From the NCBI RefSeq assembly GCF_022539665.2, contig NC_081332.1, positions 1,302,001 through 1,366,000 of the forward strand: DNA of 64,000 bases, read 5' to 3'. Source of the stretch: Daphnia carinata (Eukaryota). Each line of letters starts with the position of its first letter. Position 1 is the first letter of the stretch. Positions 14,053-28,000 of the stretch are shown one piece after another. Position numbers and translations under genes: made by a program. The notes under the pieces are model-generated. The model was not told the origin of the DNA. It did not search any database and worked only from the letters and a program-made list of their open reading frames with translations.

Positions 14053-16286
14053 AGTGCCAGTGATAGTGCCGTATCACATTATGATGAATAAGCTTTTCGT
14101 TTTGTACGAGGAATCTTTACTTTCGGTTTCTCTCATTGTGTTGTTGAACTTGAATGTGCCTTCCTCTCTCTCTATTGTTGGTCAACTTAATTTTTCTTCC
14201 TTTCTTCCATTGGTTGCTCCTTTGCTATAGTGTCTGCCCTTTTTATTTTAACATTCCTCAATGGCGCTTGATGTTTGCAGCCCAAGTGCAATGCTATAAG
14301 AGTCGATCTTCCCAAAACACCAAGTTCCGTTTGTTCCCATTTTAATTCCTCGCATAGTCGGAGATCAAGTAGTGTTGGCTTTTCCTTACATTTGCGTGGT
14401 TGGTTACAGCTGTTTTTAATCAACTGTAAATATATAATAGTTTGAAGGTCATGGGTGATGAAATAAATAATATAATGAACAGTTTGGCTTATACTTAATG
14501 GTTCATCATTTGCCATAAAATGATTGCTTTCCTCAACTATTTACTATGAAAGTACCTATAGCATTCCAGAAGAGCGTGTAACAACGTATTGAGTTATCCG
14601 CCTTTGATCTTGGGTGGCTTTATTACTTTCAAAAATTACAACGACATTCCATTTCACTTGAATACTGAACTTTCAAATTCTCGTTTACGTAGGCGAAATA
14701 TATGCCTTGAATCTACATCCAAGAGAAGTAGAATTATGGAAACTTTACTTCCTTAAAAGTCTACAATAATCTAAGATCTATACTCTAATAAATGCTAATT
14801 AAAACTTTGAAAATATTTTCTTGAGGAAAACGACTTACTTGATCCGGGTTTCTTTTGTTTTTCCAGCAACAGGAATATTAAAGGGTCATCTTCTCTTCGC
14901 CAAATTTGGAAAAAACCCATTGATTAGAAATGTCCAAGGTTTTTCTCGGCCATTGGTGTCAGGAATTTCTGGTTTTCAAATGACGTGATTGCTGTCTTTG
15001 ATGATAGCTCAACTATATCACACAGATTTCTCCTCTAACCTGTAACAAAAGCTTTCCTTAATTGTGTGTTAATAACATTATTAGTAAGTTTAAGGTCACT
15101 AATACGAGTCAAAAACGATTTTCAGAGTTACCTGTCTACGGTTCATTTCGTTCTTTTTTCAGCCTATAACACTGACCTGCGCCATAGGTGTACGTGTTTA
15201 CATAACTGGACAGTCTTTATAATGGGCTTGCAGTTGCGTTCCACCAGCATGCCGAGTGATTCAGCATTTTTCTTTAGCCGGAAGCGTGAATCACGACGTG
15301 GGCGGCACCGATACAGGTGTCGATATGCTTTGTTCATTTTTTTTCAATAACTTGGTGACCGATAACAAAACGTTCCATTTGAGTTGCGAGTTGTTCCACT
15401 AACCTCAGTGTCATTTGGCTTGTGATACAAACTGGAATCGCCCACTCCAGTCAGAACACTTTCGAAATTCTATGTAAACGCGTAGAACCTAGAAGAGAAA
15501 AAACAAAATTCAAGCATTAAAATAATCACACAAAAAATAAGTGAAGCCTGCTAGAATATAAACGCTGTAACCAATTATTCTAATTGCACTTTCTATTCCT
15601 ATATGCGATTACGTCTGTTTGGACATTATCGAGATACGAGTAGTAATCTTTCAAGTCGGTTAAACAGAGAGAAATAATTCCGAATAAAATATGTTTACAC
15701 GATAACATTTTCGGGATGCTCCCTCGTCCTTGTCTTGATGGGGAGTAGAAAGGGAACTCCCCTGTCAGGCGGACCAGTTCGCTTTTAATCAAAGCGCTCT
15801 CTCGCAATGACAGAAACCCAAACTGAAACATTTGCTCAATTTCAATGCGTACATATTTATCGTTGCAGAAAAACCGGTCGGGAAAAATAGAAACGCGTGC
15901 GTGTGAAAGCTGACGGTGATGAGTGACCCAATAACAGCTGATAATTCATACACACAGAGTTGCTACAGATGCAACTCGCATCAAAAAAGGAAAAAATCTA
16001 CCGTTAGGTCTGACCAAGTTTTAATGCAATACCGTCCCAATTCAAAAAAACTGGAAGATGAGAATGCCACTCATTTTCTCCGACAGCAAAATCCTTTTTT
16101 TTTTTTTTTTTTTTTTTGGTGCATACAGAAGGTGAAAGCTCAGCGAACACGGGGATCAGTTTTCTCCTATACACCTTCATTGCGAACGAGCTCATCTCAC
16201 TTCACCTCAACTCTGTGACCAGTCAAGTGCTCAAAAACCATTCGCTCGCCGGTGGGGGAAACAATAAACGAAACTCAATATCCACG

Positions 16287-17847
16287 ATGGATGGCATCAT
16301 TGTAAGCATAGCCGTTTTACTCGTATCGTTGCTGGCTATTCTTCTCGGATCTAGCGCCCAGCAGCAGAGCCTCGCCCCGGAGAATCGCACGAGATTAATC
16401 CGATCTTCCATCCCGTACGCGAATGACAGACGAACATGGACGGAAAAATTATTTTCACGAGGAATAACAAGGAAGAGTTCCAGAAGAAGTTCGAAAGACG
16501 ATGGGCGTAGTTTATCGACGTTAACCAAGAAAATGAAGAAATGGTTAAAGAAAAAGGAAAAGAAAGAAGAATTCAATCCGAATATTGTCGTACTGCCAAC
16601 GGACGACGCTACGCCTTTCTTCCAGCAAACGATGCCCGCCAACGGAACGATTCCAGACGATGGTTGCGATTCAAATTCCGTTCGGTTCGCAAAGGATGGA
16701 AAATGCTACCCCGTGCTCGGTCGAGGCCCTTGCAATGACCCCAAGCAGTGGGTCACAGTGGACCCCTACACGTTCAAGGTATGACGGGAAATGTTTGTGT
16801 CAAAAGAAAAGGAAACATAAAAATGCAAATCTTATCAGGGACGATGCACTCCGCGGCTCTGCGGAAGGGAAAGAGTTTTCGTCGTTCGCGATGGACTTTG
16901 TCACGATATCTACGACCCGATCGAATGCCAAGGCGGTCGTCGTCTCTATTATTCGCCTTACGGAGACCCCATTTGCGATTGTCCCGTTGGACATTATCCT
17001 TTCCCGTACCCTCAGGACGATTGTGTCCCACTTTTCACTCAAGGTTAGCCAACTATACTTAGTTCCGCCATCACGTTACTGCAATTCCTCGATTTCTTCA
17101 GGCCCGTGTCCCTACCGACATGTTTTAACTATCGATTCGGAGGGGTTTGAGTTGCACGCCATCTCAATGTCCAGAATTGCCCGCGACAATCTACGGAGAC
17201 GGTGCCATCTACGGCCATGCGCGACAGGTGCAATGGGTACCCACCAAGAACGGAGTCTGTTACGAGCTGGGAACGAGCGGCCCGTGTTCGAGTTATGATT
17301 CTCAAGATAAGCTGTTGGGATATGACGTTTTGAAACGTCAACTGGAATGCGTCGATATCACCAATCCTACTTCGCCCTATTTCTCTTCGTGCGAAGAAAA
17401 CAATTTACTCGATAGCGTTTACGATCAGTTTCATCCCGAATACGACGTCTTCCGCATCTGGTTGGCTTATCAGAGTCTTCACTTTGAAGACGCGGTCAAG
17501 TACGGTAAGAAAAAGAAGAGTAAGAAGATAATCAAAGGCAATGGATACGAACGTCGACAACAGGGAAGTTTAGGAGCCATTCAATTTCCCAGCAGCAATA
17601 TTCCTTTGCTCAATCCTAGTCGGACTGGAACTGGACAGGGCAAAGGCACCAACCCGATAGTGTAAAAGAAAATTTTTAATACCTTTACGATTGTCCACGG
17701 TACGATATTAATTTCTGATGGTTTTCATGCAGACCCGACCGGAACCGAAGGGAAGTGCAGCAAGTTGTTAAGCCGGGCAGTTCAACAAACTGCCAGGGAC
17801 GTCAAGTGTTTAACGCTGCAACTGGTCAGTGTCGAAACGCATTTTAG
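16287..17847 (+). CDS. Secreted cysteine-rich protein, DUF4789-like; apparent frameshift at ~17141-17148
   Basis: Signal peptide MDGIIVSIAVLLVSLLAILLG. Repeated CY.L..RGPC-type modules (CYPVLGRGPC, CVPLFTQGPC, CYELGTSGPC). Last exon reads PDRNRR...CQGRQVFNAATGQCRNAF*. The family name is from recall, not a search. Confidence 0.7.
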
Positions 17848-19830
17848 CTTCCAGCTTCTTATTTATGCATCAACCACCATAAGGGGACAGCCTTCAATAG
17901 TTTTGTTAAATAGACATTATTTCAAATAAATACACTTGTTCAATATATACCTCTGTATATTCAGCTGTAAAAATATAGAGATCTACCATACGCTGTTTTT
18001 CTTTCTGCATTTCGTCGTTCATAATCGCATCCATCAATTCTTCATGAATTGGCCGATAGACATATTTCAGCTTTACCATCAGGCTGTTGGTTCTCGGGAT
18101 TGAGTGATCTGTAACAAAAAACCTCGACCTATTAAGCAGATCTGATCACCTATGACATGTTCTTTGCAGATTTTCATGCAAATGGACGATATTAGCTTTT
18201 TCCGCCCTAACGGTGTGCCGCTTCGTTTCATCTATATTCAATTGATAAAGTTAGAAAATGTCTTCAGATGCTCCTACATTGTAACATTTGAATTATTTAC
18301 CTATCATGCTACACACTGATTTTGTGGATTATCTCTCTGCGGCAGTTGAGTTTTTCAGATAGCCATGACAACAGCACTTCAGTCTTGTAAGATCAAGTAA
18401 AAAACATATCCATATATTCTTGTCTTGATATAAATTTTCCAGGCTGTGCCCACGCAGCCATACTGTGCATATTTAGTGGCCTATCGTTGAAGTATGCCAG
18501 AATGTCTGCAAAGCACAAAAAAAGTAAAGCGATAACTTTAGGTAACTACAAAACTTGTGCAATGAAAACACTTGAATATTTTTTACTGCACTCACATTTA
18601 CATAATCAAGCAGATTTTTAGTAAATTTTACCTTCCCTTTATGCAAGCATAGCACATTCAAAGATAATTAGAGCACAAACGATAAAGATCTACACAATCG
18701 GCCCAGATACATTTTCTTTCACGTTAATATAGACCTTAAAAATGCATTCCTCATGAAAAATAAGTGATTGTAAAAAACTTGAAAGGTTGAAACAAACCTG
18801 GCCTTTCAATCTGGTGACAACTAATTAAAATGGCTGCACTTCGTTAGATTCACCAAGCAAGAATTTTGGCGGCAAAAGATCGGTGTGAAACTGGAATTGA
18901 AGAATGCATAACTAGAAATTTTTACATAAATAATTAAATTAAACAATAAAAAAAAAAACGTTCAACTTGTCTTCAGTTACAAGCATAAATTTTTCATGTG
19001 GGTGAACGGCAACACTTGTCAGTTTTAGAAAGTCTATTGCTTAACGTCTTCAACGTTCATAGTTGTATAGCCAACACATGTGTCGCTCCACCAGCAAGTC
19101 ACGAGATAAAACGTGTTACATCTGGATGCACGAGGTCAACTATTGTACCACAATGGAGACTACGAATATAAAGGAGTTCTCGCCAAGACACGAACCAAAA
19201 AGAGATATCCTTAAATTAAGGTAAGAACGACATTTCTGTGTACTAATGATAAACCAGTTAATACTTGTTGCCTCATGTTACAACTTATCCCATAGAGCAG
19301 GATGTTTCTTTTAATACGGCAGTTTGCCAAGTTGGCTAAGTGTTTTGTGCGCGCCAAAAAATGTCAATATTTTATTTTTTGCAATTGTCACAATTTAAAT
19401 GAAGGTTCATAAAATTTTTTAGCTCATTTAATTATATTTTGATCAAATTTTGACAAGGAATCATGTCACAAACAGATGCAATTTATTCCATGTTTTTTTT
19501 TCAGCAACAACGGAATCAAATGCCCAAGAAACTTTCATTTTTTTCGAAGTCACAATCTAGGAAATTTTATTTTAATACCTCAGTGGAGAATCTGAATACT
19601 ATACTATCGTTAATCAGTACACTGAATGTTAAATACATCCTTTTGAAAATTGTTCGAATAGAGTTACAAATTCGCTTAAACCCTATTTATGAAAAAGGAT
19701 TGTGCAGAGTTATAGAATAATAACCCACGTCACAACCGACAAAAAAAGAGAAATATATCATTAATCTACTTGAGATACAGTAACCAGAACCGACAAAGAA
19801 ATTTTGTAGGATTACAAGATTGCCAAACCT

Positions 19831-20832
19831 TCAATTCTTACCACAAGTTAACGCTACTTTCAATTCACTCTGCCTCACAATAAATATGATTGGGCTATAA
19901 ACAGCGGAAATCAATTCTAATTCCTGGAAATAAGGTACCATCCATTTGAGCAAACGACATTGATATTCGTCTACAATGGAAGGACAGCTAAGATTAACGC
20001 ATGAAAAGATGACGCTAGGAAAAGCCACAACAATCATAGATATAACTCCTATAACTAGAGTGCGAGTAGCTTGCATTATGATTTGGCTTTGTTTCCTTTT
20101 TTCCGCCTGAACAGACATTATCCGTGTGGATTGATAGTTTAAGCTGTCTGATTCCCCTACCTTTCTTTGGCCAGTGATATCCAGTTGAGCGTTAGAATAT
20201 GAACAGATTGTTCGATATTCACAAAGAAGACTCTTCGTCTCTTGATAGACGATGAAATTCAACACTGTACAGACGAAGTATAATAAAATTGTGCTTATCG
20301 TAACTAATTTAACACGAACAAGCCACACCTCGCAGCGTAAGGTTCTCAGTCCGACTATGTAGGAAAAGTTCTGGACAAAGACTGTAAGCAATGAGCTAAA
20401 AATGACAATGGCACAAGCTAGACGCTGTGTCATCTTCCTCCGATGAAACATCGGATGTTTGATGGCTAAATATCGGTCGCCCAATGCGAGCAATAAATTC
20501 AATATCAACAGAGTTTGCGGAAGAGCAGAACAGGCAACGTAAGCCTGGCAAACTGATTCAATCGGATACAGACACACATAAATCAGTTCGATAATAGCAA
20601 CAACAAAAAAAGACAAGTACGAAAAAATTATGCCCAGCAAGAAGACGATGCGTGGTTTCGCACGTAGCTGATGATTTCCAATTAATGCAACGGCGATGGA
20701 TACGTTCAGAGGTATTCCGACGCAACAGGAAATGGATTTAGAAATCATGAAGCCATTTATATAGATGGGGTTGTATACGTCTTCGTTTTCGTTGAGTAAA
20801 ACATCTTCGTTTCCGCTAATGCTGTTATTCAT
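19831..20832 (-). CDS. Intronless class A (rhodopsin-like) orphan GPCR
   Basis: 333-aa ORF with seven hydrophobic segments, GIPLN in TM1, ALGDRYLAI (DRY), Cys at the top of TM3 and in ECL2, and TM7 SPIIF (NPxxY variant). Confidence 0.85.
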   Translation of the reverse strand: MNNSISGNEDVLLNENEDVYNPIYINGFMISKSISCCVGIPLNVSIAVALIGNHQLRAKPRIVFLLGIIFSYLSFFVVAIIELIYVCLYPIESVCQAYVACSALPQTLLILNLLLALGDRYLAIKHPMFHRRKMTQRLACAIVIFSSLLTVFVQNFSYIVGLRTLRCEVWLVRVKLVTISTILLYFVCTVLNFIVYQETKSLLCEYRTICSYSNAQLDITGQRKVGESDSLNYQSTRIMSVQAEKRKQSQIIMQATRTLVIGVISMIVVAFPSVIFSCVNLSCPSIVDEYQCRLLKWMVPYFQELELISAVYSPIIFIVRQSELKVALTCGKN

Positions 20833-21072
20833 GATTGTAAAATATGCCCTAATATTTAAAATAGTTAATTAGTAGAAGCATTAAAGTTAATATATGATAG
20901 TGTTACCTTGATAATTAAGAATATTAAGTAGTACCTTTGTACGCGTAATCGGATGACTTTATATGATGCAGTCTCGACTCGGGATGCTTAATGGAGTCTC
21001 GTATTTTAGTCGATAGTCAAGAAATGATGTGTCGGTCAATTTTTCATTCGCTCTAATTTATATCAACGACCT

Positions 21073-22040
21073 TTACGTAATTAATGGAGTCTGCGCAGAA
21101 AAAAAACCCCAGAAAATTATACGAAATTTATCCGTTATGCTTTTACTGAGGAGAAATAAGTTCGTAATAAAAGAAATGACGAAACATTGAATACCTCGTG
21201 GATATATACTGACAATGTGTAACAACCTATCGGACGAGATCCAAGCAGAATCGGTTTTTATGCTCAACAAAGGAATGGACGACTTAATACTACTATTGAA
21301 AGAACGCCCATTCATAAACCGCAGTGCACTTGGCATAGCGCAAAGTACGGAGAAACGACAAAGGCAACATTTATTTAGTAAAAAATCGTATTTTACCAAA
21401 AAGCAACATGTCGTCGGGTACTTTGGAGCGGAACTGGCGGAAAATAGTGAAAAACGAAAGATTTCCTTAGACAACGTAAAAGGCGGATTAAGAACTAGAT
21501 TGTGTCTCGTGAACGAACGCGTGGGGATACGATGCCATAGCGAAACGTGACAGATGCCGGTAACTGGAGCGGAGAGGTCTTCGGGTACAGTACATTCTTG
21601 TTTGGGGCCAGTGAACTCATTGAAACGCCAGCACGTGTTTGTAGCTCGTGAGGATTACACTATTGCTACTATCATTACTCCAATTCAGGCCTCTGATGAG
21701 ATGATGAATCTAGGAACATTTTTATATCGGACTCAGGTAAAGCATTCGTCGCATGAAACCTGTAGATCACGAGTTCGTCCTAACAAAAGCAGGGAACGCA
21801 TTTACGAGATACAGAATAATGTCAAAACGCCAAGTATGTTACGTATTCCTTGCAAAATCATCAGTTTGGTTCGTATGGAATGAATACGCAAAGCAAATGC
21901 AAAGACAAGTAGTGACCGTTCAACTCGCAAGTAACGGTCATCAACATACGCCCGTCTAGCTATGAAAATCAAAATGCACGATACAAGCGAGTCGGTTATG
22001 ACCACACAACGCACAAGACGACAATAGAAAGCCTCAGTGA
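21073..22040 (+). pseudogene. Degraded ORF remnant, possibly a tyrosine-recombinase (Crypton-like) element
   Basis: Short overlapping ORFs broken by stops and frameshifts carry, in order, RLCLVNERVG, HEFVLTKAGNAF, KQMQRQVVTV and LAMK..MHD...GYD. This loosely matches the motif order of tyrosine recombinases. Confidence 0.3.
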
Positions 22041-24068
22041 TAGCACAGAAAGAAAATTCAATTCGATAGCATACCTTCAATAAACCAATTCCACTATGAC
22101 GGCGGTGAATTACGGCACGTCACTATATGCCCAATAACGAAATGTTGCTCGATGAAGCGGAACAATGGAGGGGTCATGGAAACGGCCATCGGGAATTCTG
22201 GGAGGCCACTCGATGGCACACGAGACTGCGTCGATAATGTAGACGCCATTGTGCAGATCCTCAATGTGTGTCCAGACTACGCCTTCTCAACAATGGCGCT
22301 ACTGTTGCTCATCCTGGAATAGAAGGAAAAATATTGAGATTTCAATTACACAAGTGTAGACATTTCATTATAATGAGACTGAAAAATAATAGAGGCTGCA
22401 GTACCTGCCCTACATCCTTTCACCTAACTCTGTCAAAAAGGTAAAATTTTTTGATTTCATACCCACCAGCCTGGGCTTTGGAGATCGTGATCGTGATTCA
22501 CCCACGTTGTGGGAAACGAATTTAATTGTTCCGTCAATCTGTTCAAAATGGGACAAAACGTACTGGTTACACATGACAAACCACCACAAAAGGCAAATGT
22601 ACACGTATACTATGTAAATCCAGATCTTACCACACGATTTGCGAAACCTCCATTACTACTACTACTACTACTAAAATGTTTTCAAAAAGAAAAGAACAAA
22701 AATATTACCCATCCATTTCTGTAGGACATTGGCGAAAGTAAAGGATAAATTTTTTTTTACCTCCAACTTGTTACAAAGTGCTTCCTCAGCCACGTTGGCT
22801 GCGGAGTTTAGTGTTCCACTGGAAATGTGTACTAGAGATTCACACAACTAAATTATGTTACAATTATTTTGATTGATAAGGTGGTTGAACAACATTTCTC
22901 ACCCAATAGGCTGCTAGGTATTCAGGATGGAAAGTGAAAGTTCGAACCAGGTAATTTCGATTTCAACGACCATATCTGTAATGTCGCAACACGTGCTCAA
23001 CAGGTTGCGGAACCTATGTTAGTTAAGAAATTTATTTTCAAAACGGCCTGTGGTGTCGCTAAAGGAAATTTGGAAATCACTTGACCAAAAACTAAAAGTT
23101 GCCATGAGGAGCACCTGCACACGTGAGATCGTTAGCCAAGAGATGACACCTATGAATTTCAACAATCTAATAACTAGTGATAGTATAGATACAATACACA
23201 TGATAAATTTCGTTTCAGTGCCAACAATTGATGCCCAATTAATATTTTTCTTTACCATTATACACGCAGCTGGGAAAGTTCGATGTGCAAGTTTTCAAAA
23301 TCGTCCACGCCGCCATGATGTCTTCACAGCTTTGCACCTAACTCACGTATATCACTATCCCAACGTACAGATAAGATAACTATATCAAGATCTTAAAAAT
23401 CATCAGAAAACCGATAAGATTATATGAAAACTTAATTATGTAGCTGTTATCGAGAGATAAACATCTCCATTTTCTCGGGAGATGCAACCTTAACTACGCA
23501 GAGAAAAGAAATGAGACGAAGAAATTTCAGGACAACCTTAGGCAAAAAGAAGCTCTCTTAACCCTCTGCGAAAGGCGGGAAAAAACATGGCCGTCATTAA
23601 CCAATAAGATTCGAGAAGATGGTGGATGAGGTTGGGGTGAGGAAATGAAGCATTCTGGATCCTTTTGATTCCAATTATCAATTTGTCAGTTACTAACCAA
23701 AACATGGATTTAAGCCCCATGCACGTAATATAGAGAATTTTTTTTTAGAATCATATTTGAATGATTCTGTAATTATCACGACTGATAAGGTTCAGGCAAC
23801 ATTGCATTTCGTCATGGATTGGACATCTTTGATTCATACTAACCGGAGCCTTCAGATTGCCTAGTTCATACTGCATGTGTTAAGCCTGTGACACGATACC
23901 GAAAACGTAATTGTAATTTCTAACTCAATAGGGTAATATACCTTCCCAAATGTGTGACAATATGTTGCTTGTTTTTGATCATGGCTAAAGTATCGCCCAA
24001 TCGAGAACCGATTCAATTCAAAGCAGACGATTCTGTCGAATACTAAGTGTATTCCAACGTTTTTGAAG

Positions 24069-24954
24069 ATGATAACGTTCTGGATGGTTGCTTTGTTTAT
24101 GCTCATTGGATCTCTATTACCGAGTATTGTGAAATGGGTAAGTTCTTGGTTTAGTTTCATTACATTTTTTCTAAATTTTATGGACTAGGTTGGCAAAGTA
24201 GAAAGTTCTGGACAGAATACTTTGAATATCTTTCGAAACATGTAAATGCATATCTCTATCAGGCAGGTTGAGATAAGATAAGTTTATAAAAAATAAGACT
24301 TTTTTTATGACTGATTATATTTCTTTTATTACTATCATCAATTTCACCATTCTGTTGGCACACCATCTACGTGACTTTAATCATAATCCTAGTGCACATC
24401 GAGATAGTGTTGAAATTGTTGTCTAGACTAAAACAAACATTTTCCAACGATTTATGTTTTTAGGGCACACACTTCATATTTAAGATAACTGACGAAGAAA
24501 ATATACATAGAGAAGAATTCAAAGAACTCAGGAAAGAGTTGGCTGGTATATCTGCTGTAGATGAATTTGCACGTTACGCCCGCACTCAGCGAAAAATGAA
24601 CAAGCTGGAGGAACAAATCCAAGCTCTTGGTCAGTCGAGAATGGACGATCGGGAATCTATCAGATGGAAATTTACTAAAACCATACAGGTTATCAATGTA
24701 AGGTGTAGCATGTGAATATATTTCTAACGTCATTGAACTCTGATTTAGTTAACCCTCGTTTGCTTGTCTGACAGGGTGCCGTTCTTGTCTACCTGGCTGT
24801 CACTCAACGGTACGAACCAGTTCTTACTGGAGTTCCTGACTGGTTCTGGCCACTGAATCTCGTGATTAGTTACCCCACCGGGGTCGAAGGCGCACTCAGC
24901 ATTGTATTCTGGTTATTTATATGTAACAACGCCTGTCGGGCAATCCTCAAATGA
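24069..24954 (+). CDS. GET1: Tail-anchored protein insertion receptor WRB/GET1, 160 aa (absent from the ORF track)
   Basis: Exons 24069-24137, 24464-24697 and 24775-24954, all phase 0: MITFWMVALFMLIGSLLPSIVKW | ...ELRKELAGISAVDEFARYARTQRKMNKL... | ...WFWPLNLVISYPTGVEGALSIVFWLFICN. DEFARYAR is the WRB signature. Confidence 0.92.
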
Positions 24955-25089
24955 AAACACTTGCACGTGGTATGAACACCAATTTCCGAATGATGTATTT
25001 TGAAAAGAATGTAGAAAAAAAGAGGGAAATTAAGCGTTTCTTAATTGTGGAAATGTGGGATGAAAACATTCTATTTAAAAAATAATCAT

Positions 25090-28000
25090 TTAAGAAAATT
25101 TGCACTTGCTGAAATCCATTTCAGGATGTTGTTCCATGAACCTGTTAAAAATAGAAAAGTTCACTTGTCGTGATGTAAGCTGATTGCTTATTCAATGAAA
25201 TATTTACTTTTTGAGCATGTCTTGCTTCTTTTGCTCCTCGGACGTCGGCAGTCCCATTTCCTTCTGGCGCTGGTCGTACATCATCTTCTCGACGAGCCCG
25301 CGCGTCTCCCCGTCCAGATCAGACAGCTTCGACGGCTCCGGATTGATCTTTTTGGTGTTGATCTCCGGATCCGACACGACTAGGCGACTCCACCACTCCA
25401 TCTTGTTCACCTTCTCGAGCGTGATGAGCACCGTCTGTTTATCTTCAAGCAGCCACGTTGATTCTTCCATCTTGACGTCATGCAAGAGCCGGTCGTCGAG
25501 CATGGCCGGCAGCTGATTCTTGACGGCGGCCTTGACGTGATTTTTCTGGATCTCGACCGTCAGATCGCGCGAACGGAGTCCGGCCCTCGGCAACGGGATC
25601 CGCACCTGTACGGCCCAAAAAAAAAATTGTAATTACGAACTGAATCATGGAATAACCCACCCTAAGGCACTACAGACAGTTTTAAGAGATTATCGTGTGG
25701 TGTTCTACCTGTTGGGAGGGACTGGTCATGGGGAGAAAGAAAAGCAAGAGTGTAACAGAGGAGGAGGAGGAGGAGCAGAGAGAAGAGGGGGGTTTGGTCC
25801 GTTTGGAAGGAGAGGTCGTGGATCAGTTACACAGAGTGAGTCCACCTTTACGGTTGCCTATTTTTTTTGCCCACACAACAAAGTAGGAAATAACAAACAA
25901 CCAGGAAATATTCAAAGTGACGCGAGAAAATGTCATTCAACGGCCACTGGATTCCATCCAACGCTAATTTCATCCCGCCCGTCGCTCAAGTCCATCGCCA
26001 ATATCTGCATCATCAACAGGAGCAGGTCAGAATGAATAAACTTATTCTACTGTTTCGAAGACGTCGATGGCTTCTGGGAACGCGTTAAGCGAACGTGACA
26101 TGTGAGGACGGCGGAATGTCAAGGCCGAATGGCAACAGATTCCTGGGGTTAACGTACTGGTTAAGACCACTGCTTCTATTCTCCGTTGTCAACACATGTC
26201 ATAGTCCCGTGCTCGTGGTGCCATTATACAAAGGTAGATAAATGAAGAGGTAAATGACCTCACCCTTGACCTTGACTGCCCGTGATAAAGGAAACCAGTT
26301 TCAAAAGGAAAAAAAAACGAGTGTGGTTACCGTAGTACGTTTTTCAAGATGGGCCATAGTTATCCGGGAAAACCCTTTTTTTTTTCCCCTAAAAAAAATC
26401 TTCTCATAATTCAACGGACCCGTTATTTTCTAGTTTTGGAGAAGCAAACAGTGTTCTTAGGTAGTTTCCAGGAAAGGTAGGAGGTTGTTGGGGACGAATG
26501 GGCCGAAGCATCGCAGAGATCACGTATAGATAGAAGAGCAAGTGCCCCCTTTCAGCTTAAGAGTATTCGCATTTTTTTTTGCTAGGTGACCTTCTACAAG
26601 TGTCCTCCCAAAAAGGGACAAATGGCCATCAAGTTCAATAGTCAAACCACAATGGAATTCTAATCTAAGCTGGCGAAAAGATACAGACAATATGATTCAA
26701 CTCGGAATTTCCACAATTACTATTAAACTTGCTATTATTTACAATATACAATACCCGGGGAAAAACCAGTTGGTGAGGAAACGCACCACCGGCGCCTACC
26801 TATTATAAACAGCCTCACCATACAAAGAAACTATAGGAGAAATAATAGAGGTAGAGTACGTAGACTCGCCCTGAGGGGCCAAAACACAAATAAAAAATTT
26901 TAATAGATCAGTGGAGAAGGTTCTCTTAGCACTTTCAGTTTTTTGTTTTTATTCATACGGTAAATTTTACTGTACCCGGACTTGACGATCAAAACCTTGA
27001 ACTCTGTCGTGCTCTATCATCGTGGGGATGCGGCGCTTAACATTCACAAATGCCTTCTATTAACTATTTCGAATTTGCTTAACGAAAATTTTTCCAGGGA
27101 ACTCTTCACATTCCTCGTCCTGTTCTCACTATCGTACAAATGCCTGGGGAACAACATAGCTTGGATAGCATCAATTTGCCGCCTACACCACCGTCGTCAT
27201 CGTCTAGCAATGAGCTGACAATGTCCGTCTCAAGCAGCTACATTTACGATCGCTGCGGCACGCCGACGAGATTCACCTTATTGGGAGAGTCGGGAGCTAT
27301 TACTCGGAAAAACCGAACTACACCCACCACTTGTCAACTGTCCCTCACGTTTTGTACTCTGGCCCTTTTGGCCTTGGTCGGCATGATCGTCTACATGGAA
27401 GGTAAACATTTGTCCCATCCAAAATTTATTACAATTAACTACTTATATAATTATAAAGTTTACATGAAGGAAAGCCGAGTCTGACCTCAATGTCGGAGAG
27501 GGTCTGAGTCCATCGGTAGTTGGGCATATCGCAACCATTGCCGGCATTGGGTTTGAGTTTGCCAGCGTCCTGTGGATCCTCCTCTTCTTCATCCTTTTTT
27601 GTGGTGTCAACGTCCTTTGTGGCTGCTTTAGCCACCGCCGTCGACGATTCCTTTTGCTTTTGTTGTTGCATCATCTCAGCGGCTTCTTCATCCGTCAATT
27701 CTCTGATTTTCGGCTCGAGAGCTTCACGTTTTTCCTGCTCTTCCAATTGTTTCTGCTCTTTTTCTCTACGTTCCTTGATTTTTCTTTCCCGTTCCTCGAC
27801 TTCGGCTCGTTTTTTGGCTGTTTCCTGGTCTGCCTTTACCCTATATTTGTTAAACTTCTCCATCAGCAGCTGGAGCAACAAGAAAGTGATCATCAGTTCT
27901 CGTACAAAAAGAATAGAAAACATTTAAAATTCAGCAAGAGACCAAATCATGCTATGTCAGAATAAATGCTATTAATATTTATTGCCTGTGTTTTGCTGCC

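Noticed and set aside
18000..18700. Possible pseudogene exons on the minus strand
   Set aside because: Multiple stops and no identifiable motif.
26255..26275. FTZ-F1-like TGACCTTGA sites (also at 40051)
   Set aside because: Short motifs that cannot be distinguished from chance without conservation data.
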